Shown piece by piece: positions 26,067-34,855 of a DNA stretch of 45,061 bases. This DNA is from Polyangiaceae bacterium (GTDB taxonomy: Bacteria; Myxococcota_A; Polyangia; Polyangiales; Polyangiaceae). The stretch is taken from assembly GCA_044222475.1 (NCBI GenBank), contig JBGANF010000058.1:1-45061 (forward strand), in the 5' to 3' direction. The notes under the pieces were generated by a model. The model was given only the letters and a program-made list of their open reading frames with translations, did not search any database and had not been told where the DNA came from. Positions within the stretch are counted from its first letter, which is position 1. The number at the start of each line of letters is the position of its first letter. Made by a program: the position numbers and the translations under genes.

Positions 26067-27327
26067 TCTCGATCAAGTGGGGACGGAGCGCATCGAGCAG
26101 GCGGAGCGAGTCCTCGCTTCCGGGCAGACCGGCAGCAGAAAGCGCATGGGCGTCGCGGAGGGAATGCGCGAGCTCCTGCGCGGCGCGCGCTCGCAGTGCG
26201 CCGAGCTCTTCGCGCTCCTCGGGAGACAACTTCGGTTCTGCCCATGCTGCGATGTCCCACGCGAGCGCAGCGTGCCGCGTCTCGTCCGCGGCGATGCGCG
26301 TCATCGTGCTCGCGAGGCATGGGTCCGTCGCCTTCAGACCTTGGTATGTCGCCACGAGCGCGCCGAACGTTTCGCGCACGCATCCCTCGACGGCATTCTC
26401 GCGCAACATCGCAAACAGCGATCGGCGGCCCTCGCGCCGCACACGGACTGCCGGTGGACGTGCGCCGTGTTTCTGGGCGAGGGCGCGGGTGACCCGAGCA
26501 TGGCGCAATTCGTCCGCGCGCGCGCGATGGGCCTCGCGAATCAGTCTCTTCGGGGCGCCGAAATGGCGAAGCTCGCGGGCGAGCCGCTCGAAGGCGTACA
26601 CGGACGCAGCCTCGAGTCGCGTCGCGTCCGCGAAGTATGCGCCAAGCCGGTCGGGTGCGGCGCATGGCGCGCTGGGTGCGAGCCCCTCGGGACGCCGTCC
26701 GATCGAGCAGTTGTCGCTGCCCCGCTCGATCACGTACACGTCGCGAATCGAGTACTCGCCGTTCGTGCTGACGAAGACGATGTTCTCGTCGAGCTCGGTT
26801 CCTTTGCCACACGCGAAGCCGCTTTGCGTTGCGATCTCCCATCCGCCCGGGACCGCACGTGCGTTGTTTCCCCTACAGAGCATGATGTGAGGAAGGGCTT
26901 CGGTGACGAGGAGCGCAGCGTCGTGCGGGTTCTCGATCGGGGCGAGGAACTTCACGAGCTCGGAAATCGATGTGACGACTCCCACCGTGTCCCCGCGCGT
27001 GAAGACGAGAAACCGCGGCCCGCTCGTCACGACGAAGCTCGGCTTCACCCAGCCCACGCTCGACGTGATCGAGGCGAGCTTCACGCCACACGGCGTTCCG
27101 GGATCGCACGGCACGCCCTCACGATTCACCACGAGGTTGCCCTCGCGTAACTCCATGTAGTCTACAGGTACCCCGGCGGTCACGCCTTTGAGTGGCGAGA
27201 GGGTCTGTCCCTCGCACACGTTGGACGAGAACTCGGCGTTGTCGATGCCACCGCTCGTGCACGACGCCGTCGCGGTGGCGAGGGCCAGCTTTCCGAAGAG
27301 CTCTCTGAGAGTCCCGAGATGCCGCAT
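25960..27327 (-). CDS. Lipoprotein with C-terminal ferritin-like domain
   Basis: TASC lipobox-like, GRRPEGL, LEAASVYAF, DELRH, ENAVEGCVRETFGA, DETRH. The C-terminus overlaps the convergent gene by 107 bp. Confidence 0.85.
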   Translation of the reverse strand: MRHLGTLRELFGKLALATATASCTSGGIDNAEFSSNVCEGQTLSPLKGVTAGVPVDYMELREGNLVVNREGVPCDPGTPCGVKLASITSSVGWVKPSFVVTSGPRFLVFTRGDTVGVVTSISELVKFLAPIENPHDAALLVTEALPHIMLCRGNNARAVPGGWEIATQSGFACGKGTELDENIVFVSTNGEYSIRDVYVIERGSDNCSIGRRPEGLAPSAPCAAPDRLGAYFADATRLEAASVYAFERLARELRHFGAPKRLIREAHRARADELRHARVTRALAQKHGARPPAVRVRREGRRSLFAMLRENAVEGCVRETFGALVATYQGLKATDPCLASTMTRIAADETRHAALAWDIAAWAEPKLSPEEREELGALRARAAQELAHSLRDAHALSAAGLPGSEDSLRLLDALRPHLIEIIPSAAFGPTTRTTGFDRAPAARRARPARALARAR

Positions 27328-27412
27328 GCAAGCCGACCTCGATCCGTAGTGTGCCTCATACCGAGCGTCGCTACGCGGTGGTCCGTCCAAGGCCGAAGGG
27401 GCGTCCAATGAG

Positions 27413-27480
27413 CAAATAGACCACTAAAGTGGCGCATTTGAATTGACGATCGCGCGAAATAGACCACTATGATGGTCGAT
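27413..27480. promoter_or_regulatory. Paired operators upstream of hipA
   Basis: Direct repeat AAATAGACCACTA at 27414-27426 and 27457-27469, each the left half of an imperfect palindrome. TTGACG (27443) and TATGAT (27468) nearby. Confidence 0.6.
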
Positions 27481-27481
27481 C

Positions 27482-28756
27482 ATGACTGTGTGCATTCTGC
27501 AGATCTTCGTCGGTGGAAGGTGGCTGAACGCCGCCGAAGTGCGTTGCGACGACGAGCGCGGGGGGTACCGAGCACCGACGGCGTTCGACTACGACTTCGA
27601 CTACCTCGACGCGATGGCCGACGGCCTCGGCGCCATCGACCATCGCGCCGTGTCGTGCCGATATCCTCTCGGGTACGAAGGTCGAGTCGAAGCCACCTGG
27701 CCCGCGTTTCTTCTCGACCTCATTCCTTCGGGCGCGGCGCGCCGGCATTGGGAGCGTGAGCTTGGGCTGACGAACACCCCGATCTCGGACTGGGCGATCC
27801 TCGTTGCCGGCGGCACCAACCCGCCAGGCAACGTGCGCGTCGCTCCATCGGAGTCGGCGCCGATTAGTGCACATCCAGGCTTCGCAAGGAGCGACGTCGT
27901 CGCCCGAGCCGAGCACTTCATCGAGTACGCGCGCGATCAAGGCGCGTCGATCACCGGCGGAAGCGGTGCCGGCGGCGACGCTCCGAAGTTCCTCCTCCGC
28001 GAAGACGTGCACGGACGATGGCACGCCGATGGCGCCCTCTCCGACGACGCTACCGCCGCGTGCTTCGTCGTGAAGTTTCCGCGATCGGCGCGCGCGGACG
28101 ACCGCCTCGTCCTCGAGGCCGAGGCGCCTTACTACCGGCTCGCCGCGCGCCTCGGCGTGCGCGTGAAAGGTCCACTCGTGTGGGACCACGATTGCCTGTT
28201 CGTGCCCCGCTTCGATCGCGAGCCGCACGCGGAAGGGTTGCGTCACCACGGACTCGAGAGCCTCTGCTCGCTCGCGGGCGTCAGCGACTTTGGGGTCTCG
28301 ATCCCGAAGGAAGATCTCGCCCGCGCGCTCGCCAAGTTCGCGACGCGACCCGAGGTCGAGCTCGCCGAGTTTCTCCTTCGTGACGTCGTCGACGTCGCGC
28401 TCGGCAACACCGACAACCACGCGCGCAACACGGCGATCCTCAAGACCGACGGAGGACCGATCGAGCTTTCGCCGCTCTACGACTTCGCGCCGATGGTGCT
28501 CGACCCTTCCGGGATTGCGCGCGTGAGCCGATGGAACGCCGAGGAGTCCGGGTTCCCGAGGTGGGGGCGCGTCGCCGAGACGCTCGACGGCCTCGGTCTC
28601 GATGGGACCGCGACGAAACGTCGTCTGCGCGAGCTCGCTGCCGCCATCGCCGAGCTCCCGCCGATGATGAAAGACGAAGGCGTGCCGCCGCGGGTGATCG
28701 ATGCGATGGAAGGTCGAATCGCGCGCACGGCGCGCTCGCTCGAGGAGATCGAATGA
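27482..28756 (+). CDS. hipA: HipA-family kinase toxin
   Basis: N-terminal WPAFLLDLIPSGAARR, Gly loop SGAGGDAPKFLL, VVKFP, RFDR, GNTDNHARN, LSPLYDFAP. Confidence 0.9.
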   Translation: MTVCILQIFVGGRWLNAAEVRCDDERGGYRAPTAFDYDFDYLDAMADGLGAIDHRAVSCRYPLGYEGRVEATWPAFLLDLIPSGAARRHWERELGLTNTPISDWAILVAGGTNPPGNVRVAPSESAPISAHPGFARSDVVARAEHFIEYARDQGASITGGSGAGGDAPKFLLREDVHGRWHADGALSDDATAACFVVKFPRSARADDRLVLEAEAPYYRLAARLGVRVKGPLVWDHDCLFVPRFDREPHAEGLRHHGLESLCSLAGVSDFGVSIPKEDLARALAKFATRPEVELAEFLLRDVVDVALGNTDNHARNTAILKTDGGPIELSPLYDFAPMVLDPSGIARVSRWNAEESGFPRWGRVAETLDGLGLDGTATKRRLRELAAAIAELPPMMKDEGVPPRVIDAMEGRIARTARSLEEIE

Positions 28757-29043
28757 CGAACGAGCAGCCGAAGAAACGCCGGGCGCCGAAGGCGAAACGG
28801 GTCGCAATGCGCGACGAGCTCTTCGCGCGGATCGATCGGAACGACATCGGGCTCGTCGAGGCGATCAAGATCATGCGCAAGGTCGCCGGGCGCTCGCAGG
28901 TGGACTACGCGAAGCTCGTGGGGGTGAGCCCGCGAGTTCTCATCGAGCTCGAGCGCGGCATCGGGAACCCCACGTTGCAGACGCTGCGAAAGATCCTGGC
29001 GCCGTTCGCGCTGGACGTCGGCGTGCGTCGTCGCGATCGGTGA
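28753..29043 (+). CDS. Xre/HipB-like HTH protein (putative antitoxin, downstream of toxin)
   Basis: ATGA-coupled. IKIMRK.AGRSQVDYAKLVGVSPRVLIELERGIGNPTLQTLRKIL. Confidence 0.88.
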   Translation: MTNEQPKKRRAPKAKRVAMRDELFARIDRNDIGLVEAIKIMRKVAGRSQVDYAKLVGVSPRVLIELERGIGNPTLQTLRKILAPFALDVGVRRRDR

Positions 29044-29052
29044 ACCGGCTAC

Positions 29053-30006
29053 CTACGGAGCGGCCTGCAGAACCAGGCTCACTTCCCGGTATTTGCCGCC
29101 CGCGAAGACGTTCAGCTTCACCGTCTCACCCACCGCGTGGCGCGCGATGATCTCCGCCAGGCGCTCCGGCGAATCCACCGGTTGGCCATCCGCGGCGACG
29201 ATCATGTCGGTCGTGGCCTTGAGCCCGACCTTCTCCGCGTTCGACTTCGGCGCCACCGCCACGACGCGGACGCCCTTCATGCCGTTCAGCTCGTCCGGTG
29301 CTCCGTTGATCCCGAGGAACGGCGACGGCGGCACCGCGTTCGCCGGCGTGCGCACCAGGAACGAGCGCAGCACCGCGACCGGCGCCACCATGTTGGCCGG
29401 GTTGCACGTCGCCGGGGGCTCGTCCGCCTTGCACGCGTGGACGACGACCCCGATCGCGTGGCCGCTCGGATCGAGCAGCGGCGTCCCCGGGAGCGCCGTG
29501 CGCACGTCGACGTCGAGGAACGATCCCAAAAAGGTACCATCCTTCGCGCGGGCATCCACGCGACCGCGCGCCCGAATCGTCGCCACTTGCGCGCGGTTTC
29601 CCGGCGCCGGAGCGAAGGTGCGGAGCTCGACCGAGAGCGGATCTTGCTCGCTCGCCGAGTAGCCGTCGGTGTAGCGACCCGCTTGGGGCACCAGCAGCGC
29701 GAGATCGTTCTGGACGTCCTTGTGGCCGATCTTGCCCTTCACGGTGTGACCGTCGGGGTAGCGCACGTCCGCGACGTCGGTCGCGCCCATCGGAGAGAGC
29801 GCGGTCACGATCCGACCGTCGCCGGCGAGGACGGCACCGAGGGCGACGACGTGGCCGTTGAGCTCGATTTGGACGAGCCCGCGGCGCGCATCCGCGGCGG
29901 CCGGCGAGTCGGGGAGGGCGGGCAGGGCACCCTCGGCACGCACGTTCGGCACGGACCCCAGGGTCAAGAAGGCCAAAGCCCCGAAGGTGGCGATCCGGTT
30001 TCGCAC
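29053..30006 (-). CDS. HtrA/DegP-like trypsin-PDZ protein with degenerate catalytic triad
   Basis: Signal peptide, GRIVTALS (His absent), NDLALL (Asp), LPGTPLLD.SGHAIGV (Ser absent), PFLGI...GVRVVAV...AEKVGL PDZ. Confidence 0.8.
   Translation of the reverse strand: MRNRIATFGALAFLTLGSVPNVRAEGALPALPDSPAAADARRGLVQIELNGHVVALGAVLAGDGRIVTALSPMGATDVADVRYPDGHTVKGKIGHKDVQNDLALLVPQAGRYTDGYSASEQDPLSVELRTFAPAPGNRAQVATIRARGRVDARAKDGTFLGSFLDVDVRTALPGTPLLDPSGHAIGVVVHACKADEPPATCNPANMVAPVAVLRSFLVRTPANAVPPSPFLGINGAPDELNGMKGVRVVAVAPKSNAEKVGLKATTDMIVAADGQPVDSPERLAEIIARHAVGETVKLNVFAGGKYREVSLVLQAAP
29523..29537. repeat. Dispersed 15-bp palindrome copy 7 (ATCCCAAAAAGGTAC, 1 mismatch)
   Basis: Encodes GTFLGS with GGT/TTT/TTG/GGA codons. 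Confidence 0.65.
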
Positions 30007-30061
30007 GGGGGAAGCATAGCATCCTTGACAGAACGCGGCCGGACGGCGCAAATGCGGGCAA

Positions 30062-30292
30062 ATGGCTACCGAAACGCCCTCCACCCAGCCGCAGGACGAG
30101 CCGAAATCGCCGCTCTGGTTGCCGGCGCTCGGCGCCGCGCTCTTTCTCCTCGCCGGAATCTGGTGGCTCGCCTTCGGGAACGACGAGCCCAAGACCAGCC
30201 CGGTCGACGACGCGGCGAGCGCCGCGGCTTCGGCGTCGGCCGCGCCCAGCGCCTCGGCCTCGGCCGGAGCCGCGCAACCGTCTCCGCACTGA
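30062..30292 (+). CDS. Small single-TM protein
   Basis: EPKSPLWLPALGAALFLLAGIWWL TM followed by an Ala/Ser tail. Confidence 0.7.
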   Translation: MATETPSTQPQDEPKSPLWLPALGAALFLLAGIWWLAFGNDEPKTSPVDDAASAAASASAAPSASASAGAAQPSPH

Positions 30293-30304
30293 CCGGCCTT
30301 CGCC

Positions 30305-31171
30305 GTGAAGACGCGGTTCGCGCCGTCCCCGACCGGTGACCTTCACCTCGGCGGCGCGCTCGTCGCGTACGTGTCGTGGGTGATCGCACGGCGAACCGGC
30401 GGCGCGTTCGTCGTGCGCGTCGAGGATCTCGATCCGCCGCGCGTCGTGCGGGGCGCGGAAGAGCGGATCCTGGACGATCTCGAGTGGCTCGGGCTGAGCT
30501 CGGACGAGCCGATCGTGCGACAGAGCGCCCGCGGTGCGCTGTACGAGTCCGCGATCGCGACCCTCGCTTCACGAGGTCTCGTGTACCCGTGCGACTGCTC
30601 CCGCGCCGAGATCGCTCGGGTCGCGAGCGCGCCCCACGAAGCGGAGCTCCGCTACCCGGGCACGTGTCGCGACAAGGACCCGGCCCGTCCGATGAAGCGC
30701 GAGCCCGCGCTCCGAGTGCGCGTGCCCGAAGGCGAGCGGATCTGCGAAGACTGGGTGCGCGGCCGCTTCACCCAGGACCTCGCGCGCGACGTGGGCGATT
30801 TCGTGCTTCGGCGGGCCGACGGAGTCTTCTCCTATCAGCTCGCGGTCGCGGTCGACGACGCCGCGCAGGCGATCGATCTCGTGGTTCGGGGCGACGACCT
30901 CTTGTCGTCCACGCCCCGGCAGCTCTACCTGCTCGAGATGCTCGGCGCGACGCATCGACCGCTGTACGCTCACTTGCCGATGGTCGTCGATTCGACGGGA
31001 CAGCGGCTCGCGAAGCGGACCCGCGCCCGGAGCGTGCGCGAGCTCCGCGAGGCCGGGGTCGAGAAAGACGCGATCCTCGGCCTGCTCGGGCAAGCCTCCT
31101 TTTCGGCCCCACTCTCTTGCCCTTTGGAGTGGGAACAGGCCCAAATGACCTCAACCAAGGATCCACCATGA
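30305..31171 (+). CDS. gluQ: Glutamyl-Q tRNA(Asp) synthetase
   Basis: RFAPSPTGDLHLG, RVEDLDPPR, YPCDCSR, YPGTCR, GDFVLRRADG, YQLAVAVDD, VVRGDDLL, RLAKR. No anticodon-binding domain. Confidence 0.92.
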   Translation: MKTRFAPSPTGDLHLGGALVAYVSWVIARRTGGAFVVRVEDLDPPRVVRGAEERILDDLEWLGLSSDEPIVRQSARGALYESAIATLASRGLVYPCDCSRAEIARVASAPHEAELRYPGTCRDKDPARPMKREPALRVRVPEGERICEDWVRGRFTQDLARDVGDFVLRRADGVFSYQLAVAVDDAAQAIDLVVRGDDLLSSTPRQLYLLEMLGATHRPLYAHLPMVVDSTGQRLAKRTRARSVRELREAGVEKDAILGLLGQASFSAPLSCPLEWEQAQMTSTKDPP

Positions 31172-31509
31172 AGAAGAGCTCTCCCGCATCTCGTGTCGGG
31201 CGCCGCGACGCCGTTCGTCACCTCGCCATCTTCGCCGCCTCCGCCGTCGCTCCCACGTTCCTCCTCGCCGCCTGCAAGGGCGGCGCGAAGGAGCTCTCCT
31301 GCGCCGACACCACCGGGCTCACCCCGGACGAGATCTCCATGCGCACGAACCTCGCCTACGTCGACAAGGGAACCGACCCGGCGAAACAATGTGCAAAATG
31401 CAACTTCTTCAAGCCGGCCGCGCCGGACGCGTGCGGGTCGTGCACGCTCGTGAAGGGGCCGATCAACCCGGCGGGCAACTGCAAGAGCTTCGTCGCCAAG
31501 ACGGCATGA
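31168..31509 (+). CDS. High-potential iron-sulfur protein (HiPIP), Tat-exported lipoprotein
   Basis: GRRDAV twin-Arg, LAAC lipobox, LAYV, CAKCNFF...C.LV.GPINP.G.C..F. Confidence 0.85.
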   Translation: MKKSSPASRVGRRDAVRHLAIFAASAVAPTFLLAACKGGAKELSCADTTGLTPDEISMRTNLAYVDKGTDPAKQCAKCNFFKPAAPDACGSCTLVKGPINPAGNCKSFVAKTA

Positions 31510-32525
31510 TCGCGCGACGCGCTGCGCTCGCCTTCGCGTCGCTGGCGACCGTCGCCGTGGCCTGTCAGCGCAGCACTCCTGCGACGGACCCCCTCGGCAC
31601 GCCGAGCGCGAGCGCTGCGCCTTCGCCTCCTTTGGTCGACGCAGCGGTGAGCGTCGCGCCGCGCACCGCGATCGGCATCACCAACGTGTTCCCTGGGACG
31701 ATCGCGATCGAGAACACGAGCGATGCTCCGGTGAAGCTCGCGGTCACCCCGACGATCGAGACGGTCGACACGGCGGGCGTGTGGAGCAAGGTCGCCGGCT
31801 TGGACCTCGAAGGTCTGCCGAACAAGGGGCTTCGCCTCGTCGAGACCTGCGCCGACACGCCTGGGCCTTGCATCACGATCGCGCCGCACTCGACCTTCCA
31901 CCCGGTGGGTTGGAGCGGCATGAGCTGCAGCGCGCAGTGCAACGGCACCTGCCGAGCGAACGCGTACCTCGGTGGGCGGTACCGCTGGGTCCTGAAGTCG
32001 TGCGACGGCGGCGAGCTCCCCGGTCCGATGTTCGAGATCCCGTCCGAGCTCGCGTACCACGGCCGCTACGGCATCACGAGCGACGTGGTGGCCGGATCGG
32101 TGATGCGCGCCGAGCGCCCGCCGCCCAAGTGGGACGGCACGGCGCCGGCGTCACCGGGCACGATCGGCGGATTGCCGGTGCGCGCCGGCACCGAGCACCC
32201 GCTCGACCCCGCGGATCTCGCCGCGTTCGTCGCCCTGCTCCGCGCGCCAGCGGGCTTCGACGATCAGATCGAGAAGCGCTGCCTCATGCAGACGTTCGTC
32301 GGCGTGCGCTTGGTGCGCCGACCCCCGAGCACGATCCCCACGCACGAGGAGCTCGGTGAGATCTTCTTGGACTTCACCTGCATGTCGCTCTTCATCGTGC
32401 GTGGCGGCGAGGGATCGAAGCCGCGCGTCGTCTACGCCACGCACTACGATCCGTCGCGGGCCGCCGTCGTCGCCTGGGTGAAGAAGGTGCTCCCCACCGA
32501 CGCCGAGCTCGCGAAGCTCAAGTAG
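31506..32525 (+). CDS. Hypothetical lipoprotein
   Basis: ATGA-coupled. AVAC lipobox, CSAQCNGTC motif. Confidence 0.75.
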   Translation: MIARRAALAFASLATVAVACQRSTPATDPLGTPSASAAPSPPLVDAAVSVAPRTAIGITNVFPGTIAIENTSDAPVKLAVTPTIETVDTAGVWSKVAGLDLEGLPNKGLRLVETCADTPGPCITIAPHSTFHPVGWSGMSCSAQCNGTCRANAYLGGRYRWVLKSCDGGELPGPMFEIPSELAYHGRYGITSDVVAGSVMRAERPPPKWDGTAPASPGTIGGLPVRAGTEHPLDPADLAAFVALLRAPAGFDDQIEKRCLMQTFVGVRLVRRPPSTIPTHEELGEIFLDFTCMSLFIVRGGEGSKPRVVYATHYDPSRAAVVAWVKKVLPTDAELAKLK

Positions 32526-33686
32526 CTACTTCATCGAGAGCCACACGCCGATCGCGATGCCGATCCCGACGGCCCCGATCCAGAGCGCGACCCACAAGGC
32601 CTTCGTCGCGGGCTTCGGCGCGGGAGGCGCCGGCGTGGGCGTTCGCACCGACGCACGCACCGGCACCGGCGTCGGCTTCGAAGGCGCGTTGGGCTCGGGC
32701 GCGGGCATCGTCGCGGCGTGCATCAACGATTGCCGCCCGTAATGGATCGGGTTCACGCCCTCGACGTCGTCGGGGCTCTCGATCGCGTGCTTCAGCGCGT
32801 TCGCGAACGCGGTTGCCGACGGGTACCGCGCCTCGGCGTCCTTCGCGAGCGCGTGGATGACGAGGGCGTTCATCGCCGGCGAGATCTTGCGCTCCGGGCT
32901 CTTGTCCTTCGGCGGCATCGGATCGGCGGTGAGCTGCGCGGTGAGGACGCCGAGCGGCGTCGACGCCTTGAACGGCGCCGCGCCGGTGAGCAGCTCGTAG
33001 AGGATGATCCCGACGGCGTAGACGTCGCAGCGGGCGTCGAGCTCGTCGCCGCGGGCCTGCTCGGGCGCCATGTACTCGGGCGTACCGAAGACCATGTTGT
33101 GCGCGGTGAGCTCGGTCGTGCCTGGCGCGCCGCCGCCGGTCATGATCTTCGCCATCCCGAAGTCGACGACGACGACCTTCTCGTCCTTCTCGAGCAACAC
33201 GTTCGCCGGCTTGAGATCGCGGTGGATCACGCCCTGGGCGTGCGCCGACGCCAGAGCGTCCAGGATCTGCAGGAGGATGTCGTGGACGCGCGGCAGCGGC
33301 GGTGGGCCGTCCTCGCGGAGGATCTGATCGAGGCCGCGTCCTTCGATCTTCGCGAGCGCGAGGTAGAGCAGGCTCGTCCCACTTTGGGATGGGTCGGCGA
33401 CCTCGCCGAACTCGAGGACCGGGCACAGGTGCGGACCCGACAGCCGACGGAGGATCTTGGCCTCGCGCGCGAAGCGGCCGCGGATCTGCTTGTCCGCGAG
33501 GAGGTGTCCGTGGATGACCTTGAGCGCGACCTGCCGGCCCTCGTGCTCTGCGTCGTACACGATGCCGGTCCCGCCCTCGCCGAGGAGCCCGGTGATCCGG
33601 TACTTCCCGTCGATCACGTCGCCGACGGTCGGCCTTTTGCCGCTCCGCGGCGTGGTCGGTGCGTCGTCGCTCACGGGACTCGCCAT
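32526..33686 (-). CDS. Hanks-type Ser/Thr protein kinase with C-terminal TM
   Basis: LGEGGTGIVY, VALK, HRDLKPAN, DFG, GTPEYMAPE, DVYAVG. Confidence 0.97.
   Translation of the reverse strand: MASPVSDDAPTTPRSGKRPTVGDVIDGKYRITGLLGEGGTGIVYDAEHEGRQVALKVIHGHLLADKQIRGRFAREAKILRRLSGPHLCPVLEFGEVADPSQSGTSLLYLALAKIEGRGLDQILREDGPPPLPRVHDILLQILDALASAHAQGVIHRDLKPANVLLEKDEKVVVVDFGMAKIMTGGGAPGTTELTAHNMVFGTPEYMAPEQARGDELDARCDVYAVGIILYELLTGAAPFKASTPLGVLTAQLTADPMPPKDKSPERKISPAMNALVIHALAKDAEARYPSATAFANALKHAIESPDDVEGVNPIHYGRQSLMHAATMPAPEPNAPSKPTPVPVRASVRTPTPAPPAPKPATKALWVALWIGAVGIGIAIGVWLSMK
33376..33390. repeat. Dispersed 15-bp palindrome copy 8 (GTCCCACTTTGGGAT)
   Basis: Exact consensus match. Encodes PSQSGT with CCA/CAA/AGT codons. 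Confidence 0.8.
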
Positions 33687-34843
33687 GCTCCGACGAACGT
33701 CGGGCTCGGGACCGCGACCGGCGCCCCGCTCGCGACGGGCACTCCGTTTCCGCCGATCGTGAACGCGGCGACCGTCCCGCTGCCCTGGTTCGCCGCGTAG
33801 AGGAGCTTCGCCGACGGATCCAAGGCGAAGCTCCGCGGCGTCTTGCCGCCGGTGGGGACGTGACCGACGAGCGTGAGCGCGCCGGTCACCGGGTCCGACG
33901 CGAACGTGACGATGCTGTCGTGGCCCCGGTTCGAGCCGTACACGAACGCTCCGCTCGGGTGGACCGTGACCTCGGCGCAGGTGTTGGCGCCGCCGAAGCT
34001 CGAGGGCAGCGTGCTCAGCGTGGCGCCGGCGGTGAGCTTCCCGGTGACCTTGTCGTAGGCGTACGTCGTCATCGTGCTCGCCGTCTCGTTGATGCCGTAG
34101 GCGAACTTCTCGTCCGGCCGAAACGCGAGGTGACGCGGCCCGGCGTTCGGCGGCGGGCTCACCGTGCCGTTCGCGGTGAGCTTGCCCGCGCCGTCGAGTT
34201 TGTATTGTGCAATCAAATTGGCGCCGAGCGCGGGGACGAACACGAAGCCGCCGCTCGGGCTCGAGATCGAGAGGTGAGCCTTCGGTCCGGGCGACTGGGT
34301 GTCGGTGGCGGCGCCGAGCGCGCCGCTGCCTTGGATCGGAAACACCGACGTCGTCCCGCCGCCGTAGTTGGCGACGAGGACGAACTTGCCCGAAGCGTCG
34401 ATCGAGACGTGCGTCGGGCCGCCGCCGCCGGAAGCGACTGGGGTTCCGAGGTCGGTCAATGATCCCACTTTGGGATCGAAGGTGAACGCGCGGACCTGGG
34501 CGTTCGCCTCGTCGACCGCGTAGACCCGCCGCAGCGTCGGGTCCATCGCCAGAAACGACGGATTGCCGCCGGGGCTGGCGGTCCCCATCGGGGTGAGCGC
34601 TCCGCTCGGCTCCGCGACGGAGAACACGCGGATCTTGCCGTCGCCGCTGCCGACCAGCACGAAGAGCGGGGCCGCGCTCGCCCCGTCCGGTGTGGCGACG
34701 TCGACCCGAGCGTCCGGGGGAGAAGTCGTGTCGGTCGTCACGTCGCTTTCGCTCGCGTCGTTGGTGGACGCATCGTCGACCGCCGCCGTCGTATCGCTGC
34801 AGGCCGCGAGGGCGCAGGCGAAGGCGAGCGAGAGTCGGCGCAT
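33671..34843 (-). CDS. Lactonase family (6-phosphogluconolactonase-like) beta-propeller lipoprotein
   Basis: LAAC lipobox, NPSFLA, VANYGGG, AGPRHLAF, YGSNRGHDSI, GKTPRSF, ANQGS. Confidence 0.92.
   Translation of the reverse strand: MRRLSLAFACALAACSDTTAAVDDASTNDASESDVTTDTTSPPDARVDVATPDGASAAPLFVLVGSGDGKIRVFSVAEPSGALTPMGTASPGGNPSFLAMDPTLRRVYAVDEANAQVRAFTFDPKVGSLTDLGTPVASGGGGPTHVSIDASGKFVLVANYGGGTTSVFPIQGSGALGAATDTQSPGPKAHLSISSPSGGFVFVPALGANLIAQYKLDGAGKLTANGTVSPPPNAGPRHLAFRPDEKFAYGINETASTMTTYAYDKVTGKLTAGATLSTLPSSFGGANTCAEVTVHPSGAFVYGSNRGHDSIVTFASDPVTGALTLVGHVPTGGKTPRSFALDPSAKLLYAANQGSGTVAAFTIGGNGVPVASGAPVAVPSPTFVGAWRVP
34462..34476. repeat. Dispersed 15-bp palindrome copy 9 (ATCCCACTTTGGGAT)
   Basis: Exact match, extends to GATCCCACTTTGGGATC. 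Encodes DPKVGS with GAT/AAA/GGA/TCA codons. Confidence 0.8.
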
Positions 34844-34855
34844 GGGCTCAGTCTA

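Noticed and set aside
20980..29043. Genomic island or prophage around the two TA modules
   Set aside because: No integrase, transposase, phage genes, tRNA or att repeats were seen. The intervening genes are typical host genes.
30305..31171. gltX (glutamyl-tRNA synthetase)
   Set aside because: It is too short, has no anticodon-binding domain and carries GluQ-type motifs.
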